A stretch of DNA of 64,000 nucleotides, taken from positions 62,001-126,000 of the forward strand of contig NIVC01000200.1 in NCBI GenBank assembly GCA_002269645.1, read 5' to 3'. Every line of letters starts with the position of its first letter. Position 1 is the stretch's first letter. Of the stretch, positions 14,062-26,409 are shown piece after piece. Under the pieces are notes generated by a model. It ran no database searches and was not told the origin of the DNA. It saw nothing but the letters and a program-made list of their open reading frames with translations. The position numbers and the translations under genes were made by a program. This stretch comes from Macrostomum lignano. Taxonomy: Eukaryota.

Positions 14062-15316
14062 CTGCATAGGCGGTAATCCCCCGGTGTACGCTCCTCTCCA
14101 ACAGTTGTTGGATACACTGTGCGTCTCTCGGCAGTCCTTGCGACTACTTTGCAATACGGACAACCGTGGTGGCCATTATGTCCAACAGTAGCCGTTATAA
14201 ATGATCTGAATTTCAGATGTAAAAATAAATGTGCTTTCATGCTCTGTAATTATATCTAATTAGATTAGAACCTGAAGATAGATACAGGAGATTCGCGTTC
14301 TAAAATGATTTAATTACACTTGTAATATACAAACCTAGCGGGGGCATCACAGATGAACCGGGCATTGGCGATACGAACTGGGATTCGGTTGACCAGCACG
14401 AAATCCGCCATGAAAGTCGCCATCTCATCGCAGAATTGCGCCAGATATTCTTGCAGAGGTGGTTTGCCGATCCCCGCATAAACTGAATGTTAATAAAAAA
14501 GATAGGGTATGTTGTACACATGTATTAGTTTATGAGAAGAGATACTAAATTAGACAGTGGCTTTAAATGTATAAAGCAAAATTAAATTTTACCTGCCACC
14601 GGAAGAGGACGGCTGGAACCGTTGAACAACGCCAAAATCGGCCAAGCGGAGAAATTTGAGGAGTTGTACAGTGGCATTCCGTCTATGCCGATTTTCACGT
14701 CAATTTCATAGCCCTGTGTGCCGTCGGCTAAGATGGTCGGGCTCGGCAGAGTGATCTCTTGCTTTTGTAGCAGGAAGTTGAGATTGGAGGAAATCCCGAG
14801 GTAGGCAAAATGGCCATTGCCCATTTCGTGCTTCGAGAAGCCTCCTTTTTTAGCACATCCGGACATGTGCGTGAGCAGGTGCACAGTCTTTGCGACTGGC
14901 AGGCCGCGGCTGCGAAGCGCATTTAGAAGAAATTCCATTCCTCTAATTGGCACTTTATACTTCAAAAAGAAGACCAACAGCTCTTCGTTCAAGCTCTCCA
15001 GGCTTGGCTGCTGTGGCGTGTCGTCATCGGGCTCGGGCTCTTCTACAATGACATCGTTGTCTTCTTCGCTATCGATGTCAGCGCAGAGATAGTCGAAGAG
15101 ACGATTTTGACGCACAGGATCGTTATTTTGAGTACTGAACTCCATTTCTGACTTTTCTTCGGAACAATTAGAGTTTTGAGAGTCAGGGACTTCCGTGGAC
15201 TTCTCAGCCGAGTTTTCCATTTTTTTGCCATCGTGACCGAAAAAAGTGGATGACAGCCAGTCGCGAGTTCTACGCGACCTGTTTGAGTCACCTTGACTCC
15301 CCCTTCGTTTATACAT
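14062..15316 (-). mobile_element. CMC (CACTA/EnSpm-like) transposase, 5' part only, three exons
   Basis: Exons 15316-14593, 14482-14335, 14205-14062 splice in frame. Motifs G.FAYLGI, IGIDGMPLYNSS..SAWPIL, FICDAPAR|SF, GHNGHHGCPYC. Cut off by (TATC)n about 27 nt into the next intron. Confidence 0.85.
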
Positions 15317-15770
15317 TAGAGGAGCAAATACAAAGCAATGTTAAATCAAGTAATATAGTTATAGCCTTTATCGGAGTTGAGATTATCGAGTGGGATACAC
15401 TGGGATTGTTAATAATAGAATAGCGTAAAAATAGCAATGAAAAAATCATCAGACTGGCGATGAGTCGGAGTGTGAGGTGAGACACGAAGCGCGCGGGGAG
15501 CGGGGTGGTTGAATTTTTCTGCCATCTTATTGGTCTTGAGACTCCGCCCCACACTGGGTGCGCTTGTGAGAGAATGGAAAGGGAGAGGGGGGGAAGGGGA
15601 GTCAAGGGTTGGGCCTATCCCAGGCCGGGAAAATCTTTTTCCCTAGATATATTCAGCTCGCGTATTAAATACTGAAGTATATTTCAGCATATTATAATTC
15701 AGACACTCAGCTCGAATATTTTTACTGCAACTGCATACACTGTTGATTAGCTCAAAAGTAAGCAGTTGAA

Positions 15771-17651
15771 ATGGCAGCAGAAGACATCCGGTTCATCGTT
15801 TTCTTTGAGTCTGACAGACAAGTATTAGAAATCGACACCCATAGCATTACTCTTGGAGAGTTCCAGGACTTTAGCATCAAAGACTGGGAATCCTTGAATG
15901 CCACCGATCCGTATTCGACCACCCGCATAGAAGTTCGGGCCGAATATGAAGGCCATTGGTATGACGCCGTGGTCATTCAAGTGGTCCTCAATCCGGAAAC
16001 GGATACGGACCCGGTGATATTTAAAATCCGGCAGCTTGTCGAGAAAAAGAAAAAGTCAACGGAGGGACTCATGCAAGCAGTGCAGCGCGTGCACACCGGA
16101 AAGCAGCGAATCCGCATGCAAGCCCTTCAGGTAAGAACTTAGATGCTCTTAATCCTCATGAACTGAACGTGCTCTGCAACCCAAAGATAAGTTATTCTGC
16201 TTTTAATGAAAACAAAATGCATTCTTTTTACCAGAATATAAGGACATCGGACAGTGAAGCATCCGACTGCCCAACTTCACGCATGCCAGCGAGAACGCCA
16301 GCAGTGGTCGAAAGCAGACCTACTCGACCAGACCTGCCCCCGCCTCCAGCATCTTCCGTCGTGCTGACACCACGGTCGCGGTCCACAGGCCCAGATGCGA
16401 CGCTGGTGTCGGATTTAGCGTCAGAGCCAGAGGCAACGGCATCGCCTTCTGCTGCAGCCGTCGCAGTAAGATCTACACCGGCCGGGCCATCAACGGTATC
16501 AAAGCAGAAGCCCTCCTCTGCCATCCCGTCTGACAATGCCGAGGTGCGGGAAGAAGGCATCGGCAGGCTGCACAGCGCGACTGCTCGCCGATTCCAAGAC
16601 CAGCTGCGTGCAGATGGCTTCGACCCGAATTCCACGGAAGGTGTGGCATACCTTTCGATGCTAACTGCTCGACGCCTAGCAGAGATGGAGAGGCGCCAGC
16701 ACCAATTTGAGCGCCAAGTTATTGACCTCCTCGAAGGCATTTCCGCTCATTTGGCATCTCAAACTCGACGCGGCCGCCAAGAAGAAACCGCCGTTGAGTT
16801 CACGCAAATTGACTCGTGGCCGGACTACCTCAGCTTTATAACGTCGATTGAAGCTCAACAGCGCCTCGTAAGTTTTCATATTTGCTAGATTAATCACAAA
16901 CAGATCTAATCCAAATTAAAAGCAATGAACTTATACTCATAGAAGAAATAATATACTTGTGCTTTCAACCTACTTGCAGTAGTATTGTAGTAATATAATT
17001 TTATACTTCTTTTGCTTTAAAAATAATAATTTCTACTTCATTCCACTTCAGGGACCCAGTCTACGTGGCTGCCGATGCGCGACCCTACATGAAACGGTCC
17101 GACGGATGCTGGAAAAGTGCATGTCGGCTTCAATGCTAAGTGTAGTCAACTACAGTGGCCGTGGCATGGCGGAAAGGCTGAACCGGGCTGTTCCTGGGCA
17201 TGGCGCGACCGAGGCCGAACTGGGCTTCCGCAATGCCATGAATACCATTCAGGGTGAGTGCTCTTTGTATTCAGTATTCGTTTTTGATGGAACTTAGAAA
17301 GAATTAGAAATGAAAGAATACGTAAAATACGCATTTAGAGAGATTTAGAGTTATATAGCGACAGGTACAGGGAGGCAGATAAACATGTTCCAGGTCCTCT
17401 CTAACCCTGTGTGCAACCCACCCAAACCTACATTTACAGAGGCAATCAGGTTCATATATCCTGAGGACAGAGGACGACCCTCTGAGCGCGATGTAGAAGT
17501 CGCCGTTATTCAGGTGCTGAAACACGCTGCCGAGAGGGAGGCCGCGCGCCAACGTAGAAAATCCCTACGTGAAGAGCACCACGAAATGCCAGGAGACACC
17601 AGCGAGGCGCAGCAAGGGATGAGAAAGCGGGCCAGAATTGACTCTGATTGA
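15771..17651 (+). CDS. DUF4806-like transposon accessory protein (~468 aa, four exons), head-to-head with the CMC transposase
   Basis: Exons 15771-16130, 16235-16867, 17052-17253, 17440-17651 join in frame. S/P-rich linker, coiled coil, C-terminal ETVRRML...VNYSGRG...EVAVIQVLKHAAER pattern resembling DUF4806 partners of animal EnSpm-like elements (family assignment from memory). Confidence 0.7.
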
Positions 17652-17744
17652 GATGCCGAGGAGTAACTGTTTATTTCTTTTGCACCCCAAAAACATTAAT
17701 TTTCTGGATACGCACCAGAATATCCTATGTATTAAAATTCAGAT

Positions 17745-18650
17745 AGAGATAATTAGGATTCAGGTAAGAGATAATTAGGATTTAGGTAAGAGATAATTAG
17801 GATTTAGGTAATAGATTAGGATTCAGATAAGAGATTAGAATTCAGGTAAGAAATTAGGATTCAGGTAAGAGATAATTAGGATTCAGGTTAGAGATTAGGA
17901 TTCAGGTAAGAGGTTATAATTCAGGTAAGAAATTAGGATTCAGGTAAGAGGTTATAATTCAGGTAAGAAATTAGGATTCAGGTAAGAGATAATTAGGATT
18001 CAGGTAAGAGATAATTAGGATTCAGGTAAGAGATAATTAGGATTCAGGCAAGTGATTAGAATTCAGGTAAGAAATTAGGATTCAGGTAAGAGATAATTAG
18101 GATTCAGGTAAGAGATTAGAATTCAGGTAAGAGATTAGGATTCAGGTAAGAGATTAGAATTCAGGTAAGAGATTAGGATTCAGGTAAGAGATTAGAATTC
18201 AGGTAAGAGATTAGGATTCAGGTAAGAGATTAGAATTCAGGTAAGAGATTAGGATTCAGGTAAGAGATTAGAATTCAGGTAAGAGATTAGGATTCAGGTA
18301 AGAGATTAGAATTCAGGTAAGAGATTAGGATTCGGGTAAGAGATTAGAATTCAGGTAAGAGATTAGGATTCAGGTAAGAGATAATTAGGATTCAGGTAAG
18401 AGATAATTAGGATTCAGGTGAGAGATTAGAATTCAGGTAAGAGATTAGGATTCAGGTAAGAGATTAGAATTCAGGTAAGAGATTAGGATTCAGGTAAGAG
18501 ATTAGAATTCAGGTAAGAGATTAGGATTCAGGTAAGAGATTAGAATTCAGGTAAGAGATTAGGATTCAGGTAAGAGATAATTGGGGTTCAGATAAGAGAT
18601 AATTAGAATTTAGATAAGAGGTTATTAGGATTTAGGTATTATATCAATAG
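17745..18650. repeat. Tandem array, 19-22-bp unit attag(g/a)attcaggtaagag
   Basis: Directly visible, downstream of the DUF4806-like stop codon. Confidence 0.95.
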
Positions 18651-20261
18651 AATTCGGGTATTTGATAATTAGGACTATTTCGGCCACTGCTGCCAAACCT
18701 GCTGCTCAACGACCCTGCCCCGTTCTGCTAATGTTGCGCTAAGTGATGTTATATATTTCATACTTTCTATTTTACCCGTAAACTATATGTAACTACGTAA
18801 ACAGGAAATAAATGATAACTAAAATGCATTTTTCATTTCGCTCTTCAAAGTCTTCGTATACGTGATATAACTTTAACAAACTGAAACACTGCACGCAATG
18901 CAACCTACTGAAAGTAGTGTGTAAATACTGGGGTCGAATAAAAGATTGCAAGTAGGAGTCATGAGGACCCCTACTGAACAGGGTCCGGTCTGCGTCTGAA
19001 TCAGTCCTACATCAGCGTCTGGCGGACTCGATTTCAGTAGGACATAAGCACCCTACCCAGACGGCCCAAAACTGACGCCCGATGGACGGCTTATTTTTAC
19101 ACCGGGGAATTCCAACTTGGAGAGGTCAGTGGGTGATTCATTCCTGCTTCGAGAGATCGAACTTTCATAGAGTCTGAAAGCTTGAAGTGAGAGGGCAGGG
19201 GAAGCGATAGAATTGACATAGCCGCACGTTTTTGGGCGGGTGGACTTCACTACTTCTAGTATACCGCATTGGTCATAGTGCCAAAGTATTTCTGTGACAA
19301 AACACATCTATAGAATTCAGTCTCGGAATTGTATGCAGAGGAGACACTGATTCATAGGCTGTGTACATTGACAGATGTGGCTGGGGTTTGTCAATGCAGG
19401 TGGAGGTTGACTCGGATTTGCCCAGATTCGTGGGGTTGATATGTGCATTAAAAGTTGGTTTCTTGCTAACTGGGGGTGGCATGGATGACGTAATTGGATA
19501 AGAGGGGTTTTGCTGAATGAGGTTTAATTTAAGGTCCGTGCTGTGAAAAGATCTGTTTGAACACTGAAATGGAGAGAGGGGTTGGAATTCCTTGGCATTT
19601 ATTAGAAGGGGGACAGAGAGAACAGGGACGAGTGGTTCTATTCGATTTGCTATAGGGGTCTGCTGACCATTAGAGGGGTGGCTGTTTTCAAACAGTCTTG
19701 GGGTTGAATTTTGAATATGGCCGGAGATAAAGGGTGATTCAACATGCAACATAATTAATTCCATAGTGTACACCAGCGTCAGTGGCACATTTTGCGGATT
19801 ACAGCGCGACAAGGGGTCTTGTATCATCTGCACTATCAATACAATAGATATATAAAACATTGCTTTCACAGTCTTGATTTAGAGGCCGACTAAATAAATA
19901 TATACTTATCAAAGCTCGGCCGGCTTTTTGTGTAAATATATATACGTCTTTTGACAACTTATTTGACTCGGGTAGAGGCATTGGGAATGACGTAATTGTC
20001 TCGGAGTGGTGACGAGGGCTGAATTCTAGAGGTATGAAGTATAAAAGGAGTGGAAATAACAGTGTGGACCGCGATTTTTGGCTGACTCATGCCTCCTCTG
20101 CCAATTTTGGGGGATGGGCGGCGGTTTCTGCGTACACTGTTTGCTTTCTGTGGATCAGCAGATCATGAAGAGTTAATTCTTGGATGTGCGGCCGCTTTGC
20201 AAATTTTGGGTATAATATCAATATGGGTGGGTGGGCGCTTCTGCATGCTGTTTCAACTATT

Positions 20262-20714
20262 GAAAACTCATTTGGTAATGGTAGATGAGATTGTACAGCG
20301 CGCGCGTACACCAATTCTCACCTCTGCGCACAACTGTACACACGTAGTAGGGTTTCGAGTTGTAATTTTGGTGCGCGCGTGGGCCGTCTGGGGATGACAC
20401 TGTAGATTAATGCACATGTACATATAGAATTGGGGATAGACAATTTGGGATAGGGATTAATGTACATGGAATTAATGTACAATTTGAGATAGATAGGGAT
20501 TAATGTACATGGAATTAATGTACAATTTGAGATATTTAGGGATTAATGTACATGGAATTAATATGAGCACATGGATTATTACAACTACATATTGAATCAC
20601 GCTTAGGATAGCGTTTTTGTATACTACTTACTTCATTTTTCAGATAGTAGTATAATTTGCGTTTTTTGCGTCAAATCTGCCTAAAAACCCTGCAGTTTCT
20701 GCACATTACGTAGT
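20262..20714 (-). repeat. Right terminal inverted repeat
   Basis: Reverse complement of the left TIR with several indels and a differently sized subrepeat. Confidence 0.9.
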
Positions 20715-21203
20715 GACAGTAGGGCCCCGCTCGTCTCAGGACCTGCGTGGCCCTGAAGAAAGAGAAGCAGCCATCCCCTGAGGGCCATGTTGATTGCTCT
20801 CTGCGGTTGAGTCTACAGGTACTGTAAAGAGTGCTCTGCGCGGAGGGGGCACGGACAGGGGACGGCAGCACAAGACATAATGTGGACTTTAACGCCTCAC
20901 CTGTTCCTCTTTCATCTGAAATTGTTTTAGGAAATTCTTATAGTAGAAATTTCGAGGGAAATTTCTTCCAAACTATGAAGTCTTCGTTAAAGTGGTTCCT
21001 GACGCTGGCATGTAGCTCGTAGCTAATTAATTCTTCACGTGAGCAACTATACAAGCCAAGTATTGACGGGAACACTTGCTACTTACTATAAGTAGACAGA
21101 TACATGTAGGAAAAGATAGATGCAATCCACAACAGGCCGTTGAATGGATTGAAATTCGCTGTAAGTTGGTCAATACGAACAGCCCAGGCCTTGATCGGCT
21201 TAT

Positions 21204-21721
21204 CAGGGGACCACAAACTTTTTTACCTAAAGGGCCAGATAGAGAATCCAGTTCATGGCTGCGGGCCAGATGAGAGTGGAATGGAGAGGAAATGGAAGAT
21301 GAGAGAAGAGATGAAAGAAGAGAGAAGAGGCGAGAGATGGCTTGAAGGAAGAGATAGTAGAAAAGATAAGAGGAGAGAAGAGGAGAGAGAGGAGAGGAGA
21401 GAGAGGAGATGAGGAGAGAGGAGAGAGAAGAGAGGAGAAAGAAGAGAGGAGGGAGAAGAGAAGATAGGGGGAGAGAGGGGAGAGAGGGGAGACGGGTAGT
21501 GAAAGGAGAGAGAAGAAGAGGGAGCGGGGGATAGAGAAGAGAAGAGAGGGGAAAGATGAGATAAATCGGAGAGGGAGAGACGAGGAGAGAAGAGAGCTGA
21601 GAAGAGACACCAACCTTGAGCGGCCCGGATTGCTATTTTGAAGTTTCGAAGGACCCGAGGGCCGGATAGAGAGGCTTTGCAGGCAGCATGTGACCCGCGG
21701 GCCGAAGTTTTCCAACCCCTG
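21204..21721. mobile_element. Non-autonomous hAT-like element (MITE) with a GA-rich core
   Basis: Begins CAGGGGACCACAAACTTTTT...AAGGGCCAGAT and ends CCCGCGGGCCGAAGTTTTCCAACCCCTG, typical hAT/Charlie-like termini and GGGCC subterminal motifs. No clean 8-bp TSD. Confidence 0.55.
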
Positions 21722-22875
21722 GCTTGTATTAAACAGTGTTTTAACTATGACTGACTTCCTAGTGGATGGACTGATGTAGACTAGACCACAGACCACAGTA
21801 TTTAGTATCTGTGGACTAGACTCGGTCTAATAAAAATTCGTAAAATATCCTAAATACACACGAGTTAATATGATTTAAAAGAAAGTTATGAATCGATTTT
21901 CTTTCTTACTTAACACTATACTTGAATGCTTCTCGCGCTGTCATGGACCAATGAAAATGCTCTACTCAACCCTGTCAACTGCTCAAGAAAAATGTAGACA
22001 CACTGCATATGGACTGGCAGTGGTAGAGAGCGAGGGTAGAGGCAGAAAGAGAGAGTTGACTTAGTCTTGGAAAGAAAGCCGTAGCTGCCAACAAGCTGTT
22101 GTTCCCCGAGCGTTTGCTTCAGCGACAGCTGGCAACGGCCTCTGCATCCCCCGATTGTTAAATGTACATTTACTCGTATGCATTAATTGGTACAGCCGGA
22201 GGGAAGGGAAAATCGATATATCTCTATTTTTAACCCCCTAAGTAGTTCGCTGTACATAGCAGCATAAGTCGCTAGCTTGAGTTTTAATCTTTTAAGCCGC
22301 TCATCAACGAAATTCTTCCACAAATTTTCTGAATTTGCAAAAGCACTGAATTCAATCCTCCGTAGGGACGCGCGACTCTTTCCTGAGATTTATAGTAGCA
22401 ATAATAATAACAGCAAAAATCCCATTTCCCATAGGGCAGGATCTGTGGAAAGATAAATTGCAATATGCCTTATACTGCCCTGAGTGGATCCTGGGTTTTA
22501 TTGTAGCCACCGGAGTGAAAAATATCGTGCGTGTGTGTTTTTGCCCAAATGGTGTGCGGGAGCTGCCTCGCGTGCACCCGCAGACAGCCAATCAATTGCT
22601 CTGGCCGCGGTTCCATGAGCAAGAGAGTGAGTATTTAGCTCAGCACTTAAAGTGTAGGAGAGGCTGTTGGAGAATTCTGCTCCTGCTACTGCAGAGTTTC
22701 ATTTCCTAGCGAGTCAACTCGTTTCTGCCAGTGAGTGTTTTGGAACTTAACACGCCACGCTTAGAGACACGTTATCTTGCCAGTTCCTGTAGCCTTCACT
22801 CGTGACGTAAAGTACACCATACTGCGAACACCGAGTAGGTAAGATTGTCGGGTTGACTTCACGGGGAAGAAGATC

Positions 22876-22975
22876 CCCATTCACCCTGCTTCCCCCTCCA
22901 TCAGATCCCAATTCACCCTGCTTCCCCCTCCATCAGATCCCAATTCACCCTGCTTCCCCCTCCATCAGATCCCTA
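22876..22975. repeat. 31-bp tandem repeat (attcaccctgcttccccctccatcagatccc), three copies
   Basis: Directly visible. Confidence 0.85.
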
Positions 22976-23112
22976 TTCTTATAGGATAGGGATTCCCCCT
23001 CCATCTTATCCCTACAAAAAATCATTTTCAGACAGGAATGCTCTTTAAGGGTTTTGAGACATGCCAGTTCAATTCCATAAATGTTGGAAAATAGGGATTG
23101 GATTAAATTTAA

Positions 23113-23300
23113 GGGGCGCCAAACACCAGGGGTGCCAAGCACCAGGGGCGCCAAGCACCAGGGGCGCCAAGCACCAGGGGCGCCAAGCACCAGGGGCGCC
23201 AAGCACCAGGGGCGCCAAGCACCAGGGGTGCCAAGCACCAGGGGCGCCAAGCACCAGGGGCGCCAAGCACCAGGGGCGCCAAGCACCAGGGGCGCCAAGC
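23113..23300. repeat. 16-bp minisatellite caccaggggcgccaag
   Basis: Directly visible. Confidence 0.95.
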
Positions 23301-23403
23301 CAATTATCTTTTAGAAAAGCTACTGTTCAGAGTCGCATGTGTATCTTTGAAAATCATCCAAATAAATGTACAGGCTGAATACAGTTCTGTCTCTCTCAGC
23401 TCA

Positions 23404-24990
23404 ATGTCGGGAACCAACAATGATCACCACGGCGATGGCGGCGGCGGCGGTGGCGGCGGCGGCGGCGGCGGCGGGCCTCGTTGCGGAGGCCAGGGCCCGG
23501 TGCGCTTAAATTCAGTAGCTCGAGAGGCCATCACCAGTCAGCTGACCGAGGAGCAAGTTGCCGAGTTCAAGGAGGCCTTCGCCCTATTCGACAGAGACGG
23601 CAGCGGGTCCATCACCGTCAGAGAGCTGGAGGTCATCATGCGCTCGCTTGGTCAGAATCCGAGCGAACAGGAGCTCGCTGTGAGTAGCCAGTGACTCATC
23701 TGCTTATCTGGTGTGCTGGTTGCGAATCATTGGAATTTGCCGAGTCACAAGGACATACCTGACGATTAAAAAGTCTGGGCCTCTTGTATACCCTGTGTGA
23801 ATTAGTGGCCAGGTTCCAAATCACCCCAATAAAAATTTCGCTCCTCCAAAAACTATGTGAAACAATTGCAAGCTCAGGGAATGAAAATAGCTTGACTTTG
23901 CCACTTCATGGACGTGGCATCCGCCGGCTTGAAGACAGTGGTAGGGGCGCCCACCAAAAGACACGGGCGCCAACCAAGAGACAGGGACGCCGTCAGGGAC
24001 AACCAAGAGACAGGGGCGCCAACCAAGTGACAGGGGCGCCCACCAAAAGACACGGGCGCCAACCAAAGAGACAGGGGCGCCAACCAAGACACAGGGGCGC
24101 CAACCAAGAGACAGGGGCGCCAACCAAGAGACAAGGGCGCCAACCAAGAGACGGGTCGCCAACCAAGAGACAGGGGCGCCAACCAAGAGACAGGGGCGCC
24201 AACCAAGAGACAGGGGCGCCAACCAAGAGACAGGGGCGCCCACCAAGAGACAGGGATGCCCACTAAGAGACAGGGGCGCCCACCAAGAGACAGGGATGCC
24301 CACTAAAAGACAGGGGCGCCAACCAAGAGACAGGGGCGCCAACCAAGTGACCAAGAGACCAAATATATGCGTCCTTTAGGGGTGCGGCCGTTCAATTAAA
24401 ATGTATGCGAACGCCACTGATGTGAGGCTGTGAGCGTGTGGCGTGCCTGCGTACAGTATTGTCGCGCTCGTACTGTCACGTACAGTATCGCGCGAGAACG
24501 CCCATCAGGATTCAGCGGAATGGACAAAACTCCCTCAGGGTTTGATGTGGGACGATTTCAGGATGCCAGGGTGCCCCACAGCCTTTCTGCGAATAGTTAA
24601 ACTTATCTCGTGTACTGATAATGTGTACGCACACTTCTACGTGCTTATTTTAACATCCAAGACGATATAAAATGCCAACAGGAGATGATTCAAAGCGTAG
24701 ACATCGACGGGAACGGTGAGATTGACTTCCCCGAGTTCATGGCCATGATGGCCGAGAAGCTGCAGGACACCAACTCGGAGCAGGAGATCATCGCAGCATT
24801 TCAAGCCTTCGATCGAGACGGTAACGGCTATTTGAGCCGCGAAGAACTGCAGGGCATCCTGATGCACTTCGGCGAGAACAGCATGACGGAGGAGGACATC
24901 ACGGAGATGATCTCGGCGGCCGATCGCAACGCCGATGGCAAGATCCAGTACGAAGAGTTCGCTCACTTCATTGCCTCCGTTATTCGTTGA
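23404..24990 (+). CDS. Calmodulin-like EF-hand protein (194 aa, two exons) with a poly-Gly N-terminal extension
   Basis: Exons 23404-23679 and 24682-24990. [18 protein letters not shown]; four EF loops [48 protein letters not shown]. Too divergent to be canonical calmodulin. Confidence 0.9.
23943..24352. repeat. 20-bp minisatellite ccaagagacaggggcgccaa in the calmodulin-like intron
   Basis: Directly visible. Confidence 0.95.
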
Positions 24991-26409
24991 TGTTACCGCG
25001 GTGGTAGAGGCTGTATTAAATATTGATGAGTTTTGTGACGGGAAAGCTAGCTCGATCGATCCAGCTCGTACGTTGCTCGACCGAAGGGCGTGATTTAGAA
25101 CGTTACAGTGTAGGAAAGTTTACGACACAATCTATATATTCATAGTTAAAGTGATCCTTGGGTTCCGACCTTCTTGCGAGCATAATACAGATGAATTTAC
25201 ATGTACACACGTTATGTTAAGACACAAGTTAGGATGTTAGGTCGTTATGCACGTAGGCAACCGTTATGATTTGGTTGTTGCAGAATCTCTACATAAAATT
25301 TCGCTTCAGGCTACATGTGATTCGCTAATGATTACCTTTTCTGGAAATGCTTCTTGACTGACGCTACGTGTTACGCTTATAACAATGCTGTCAATCATTT
25401 TTATTGATTTTTTTCTGATCAGACTCTGAATTCTGAATATGACACAGGTGGATTTGATCTATATTACATGTCGTTTCTTCTTCGTCATGTCTTTAAAGGT
25501 AACTTTATGGTTAAAGATTTACAATATTATTCAATGTTTTCTTATTTATACAGTTATGCTTAGTACACTTACTTTGATCGATATTTTTGAATACATGTAA
25601 GTATCTTAAAATACAGGCGATTTCTTGTTGAATAAAAGATATGCTCTAAAAACTACTTTAACACTTATCAGTAATATGCACGTGACTTTATGCTAAGTTA
25701 GCTGTTAATTTCATTTATTAGTGACTTTCTATGCTGAAAATGAATTGTACTCTATCTACCCACTCTCCTCCCCACTCCCTCTGCCCCACTTTCCCCCCAC
25801 TCTGTCTACCTCACTCTCCTCCCGTACTCCCTCACTCCCCCTCCTCCCCAACGGCCTCCATCCCACTCACTCCCTCTATCCCACTCTCTTCTCCCACTAT
25901 ACAATTAATTAAATAATATTAATTTATATACCATTACTCCGGATAATTAATTACCTATTGAACGCGTAGAGTCAATTGCGTGTTTGCTTTAGGTAAGTAT
26001 GCACAATATACGATTTATTCATTGATATTGTAGGTATGCACAGCAAATATTAATACAATACACATTTGGGTTATTAGAGCTATGATGATCATACTCCCTT
26101 TAGCATCTGCCTGCATGCGGGAAACTGACACAAGAGGCACTTATACTGTACGCTCGTACTAAACCATATAGCTGAATTGAATTACTGCCTGCCAATGAAT
26201 TTCCGTCGCCAATTAATCACTGTCAAAGACTAAAGACTCGAAATAGTACGTATAAATTGGATTATTGCTGGATCTCACCCTTGGCCTATGCAAATTAAGG
26301 ATCATATCCGTGATTAATGTGGAATACTGAATCAATTTTTTATTATGAGACTAATTAATATATTATAGGCTTCTCAACAGCTCTATTATGACTTAGCTGC
26401 AGGATGGTC

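Noticed and set aside
20089-20397. 102-aa ORF downstream of TATAAAAG (20040)
   Set aside because: Runs into the right TIR with no motif support; cannot be distinguished from chance.
23113-23300. Resemblance of caccaggggcgcc to the CTCF motif
   Set aside because: One G short of the consensus core, and there is no evidence of CTCF relevance in this host.
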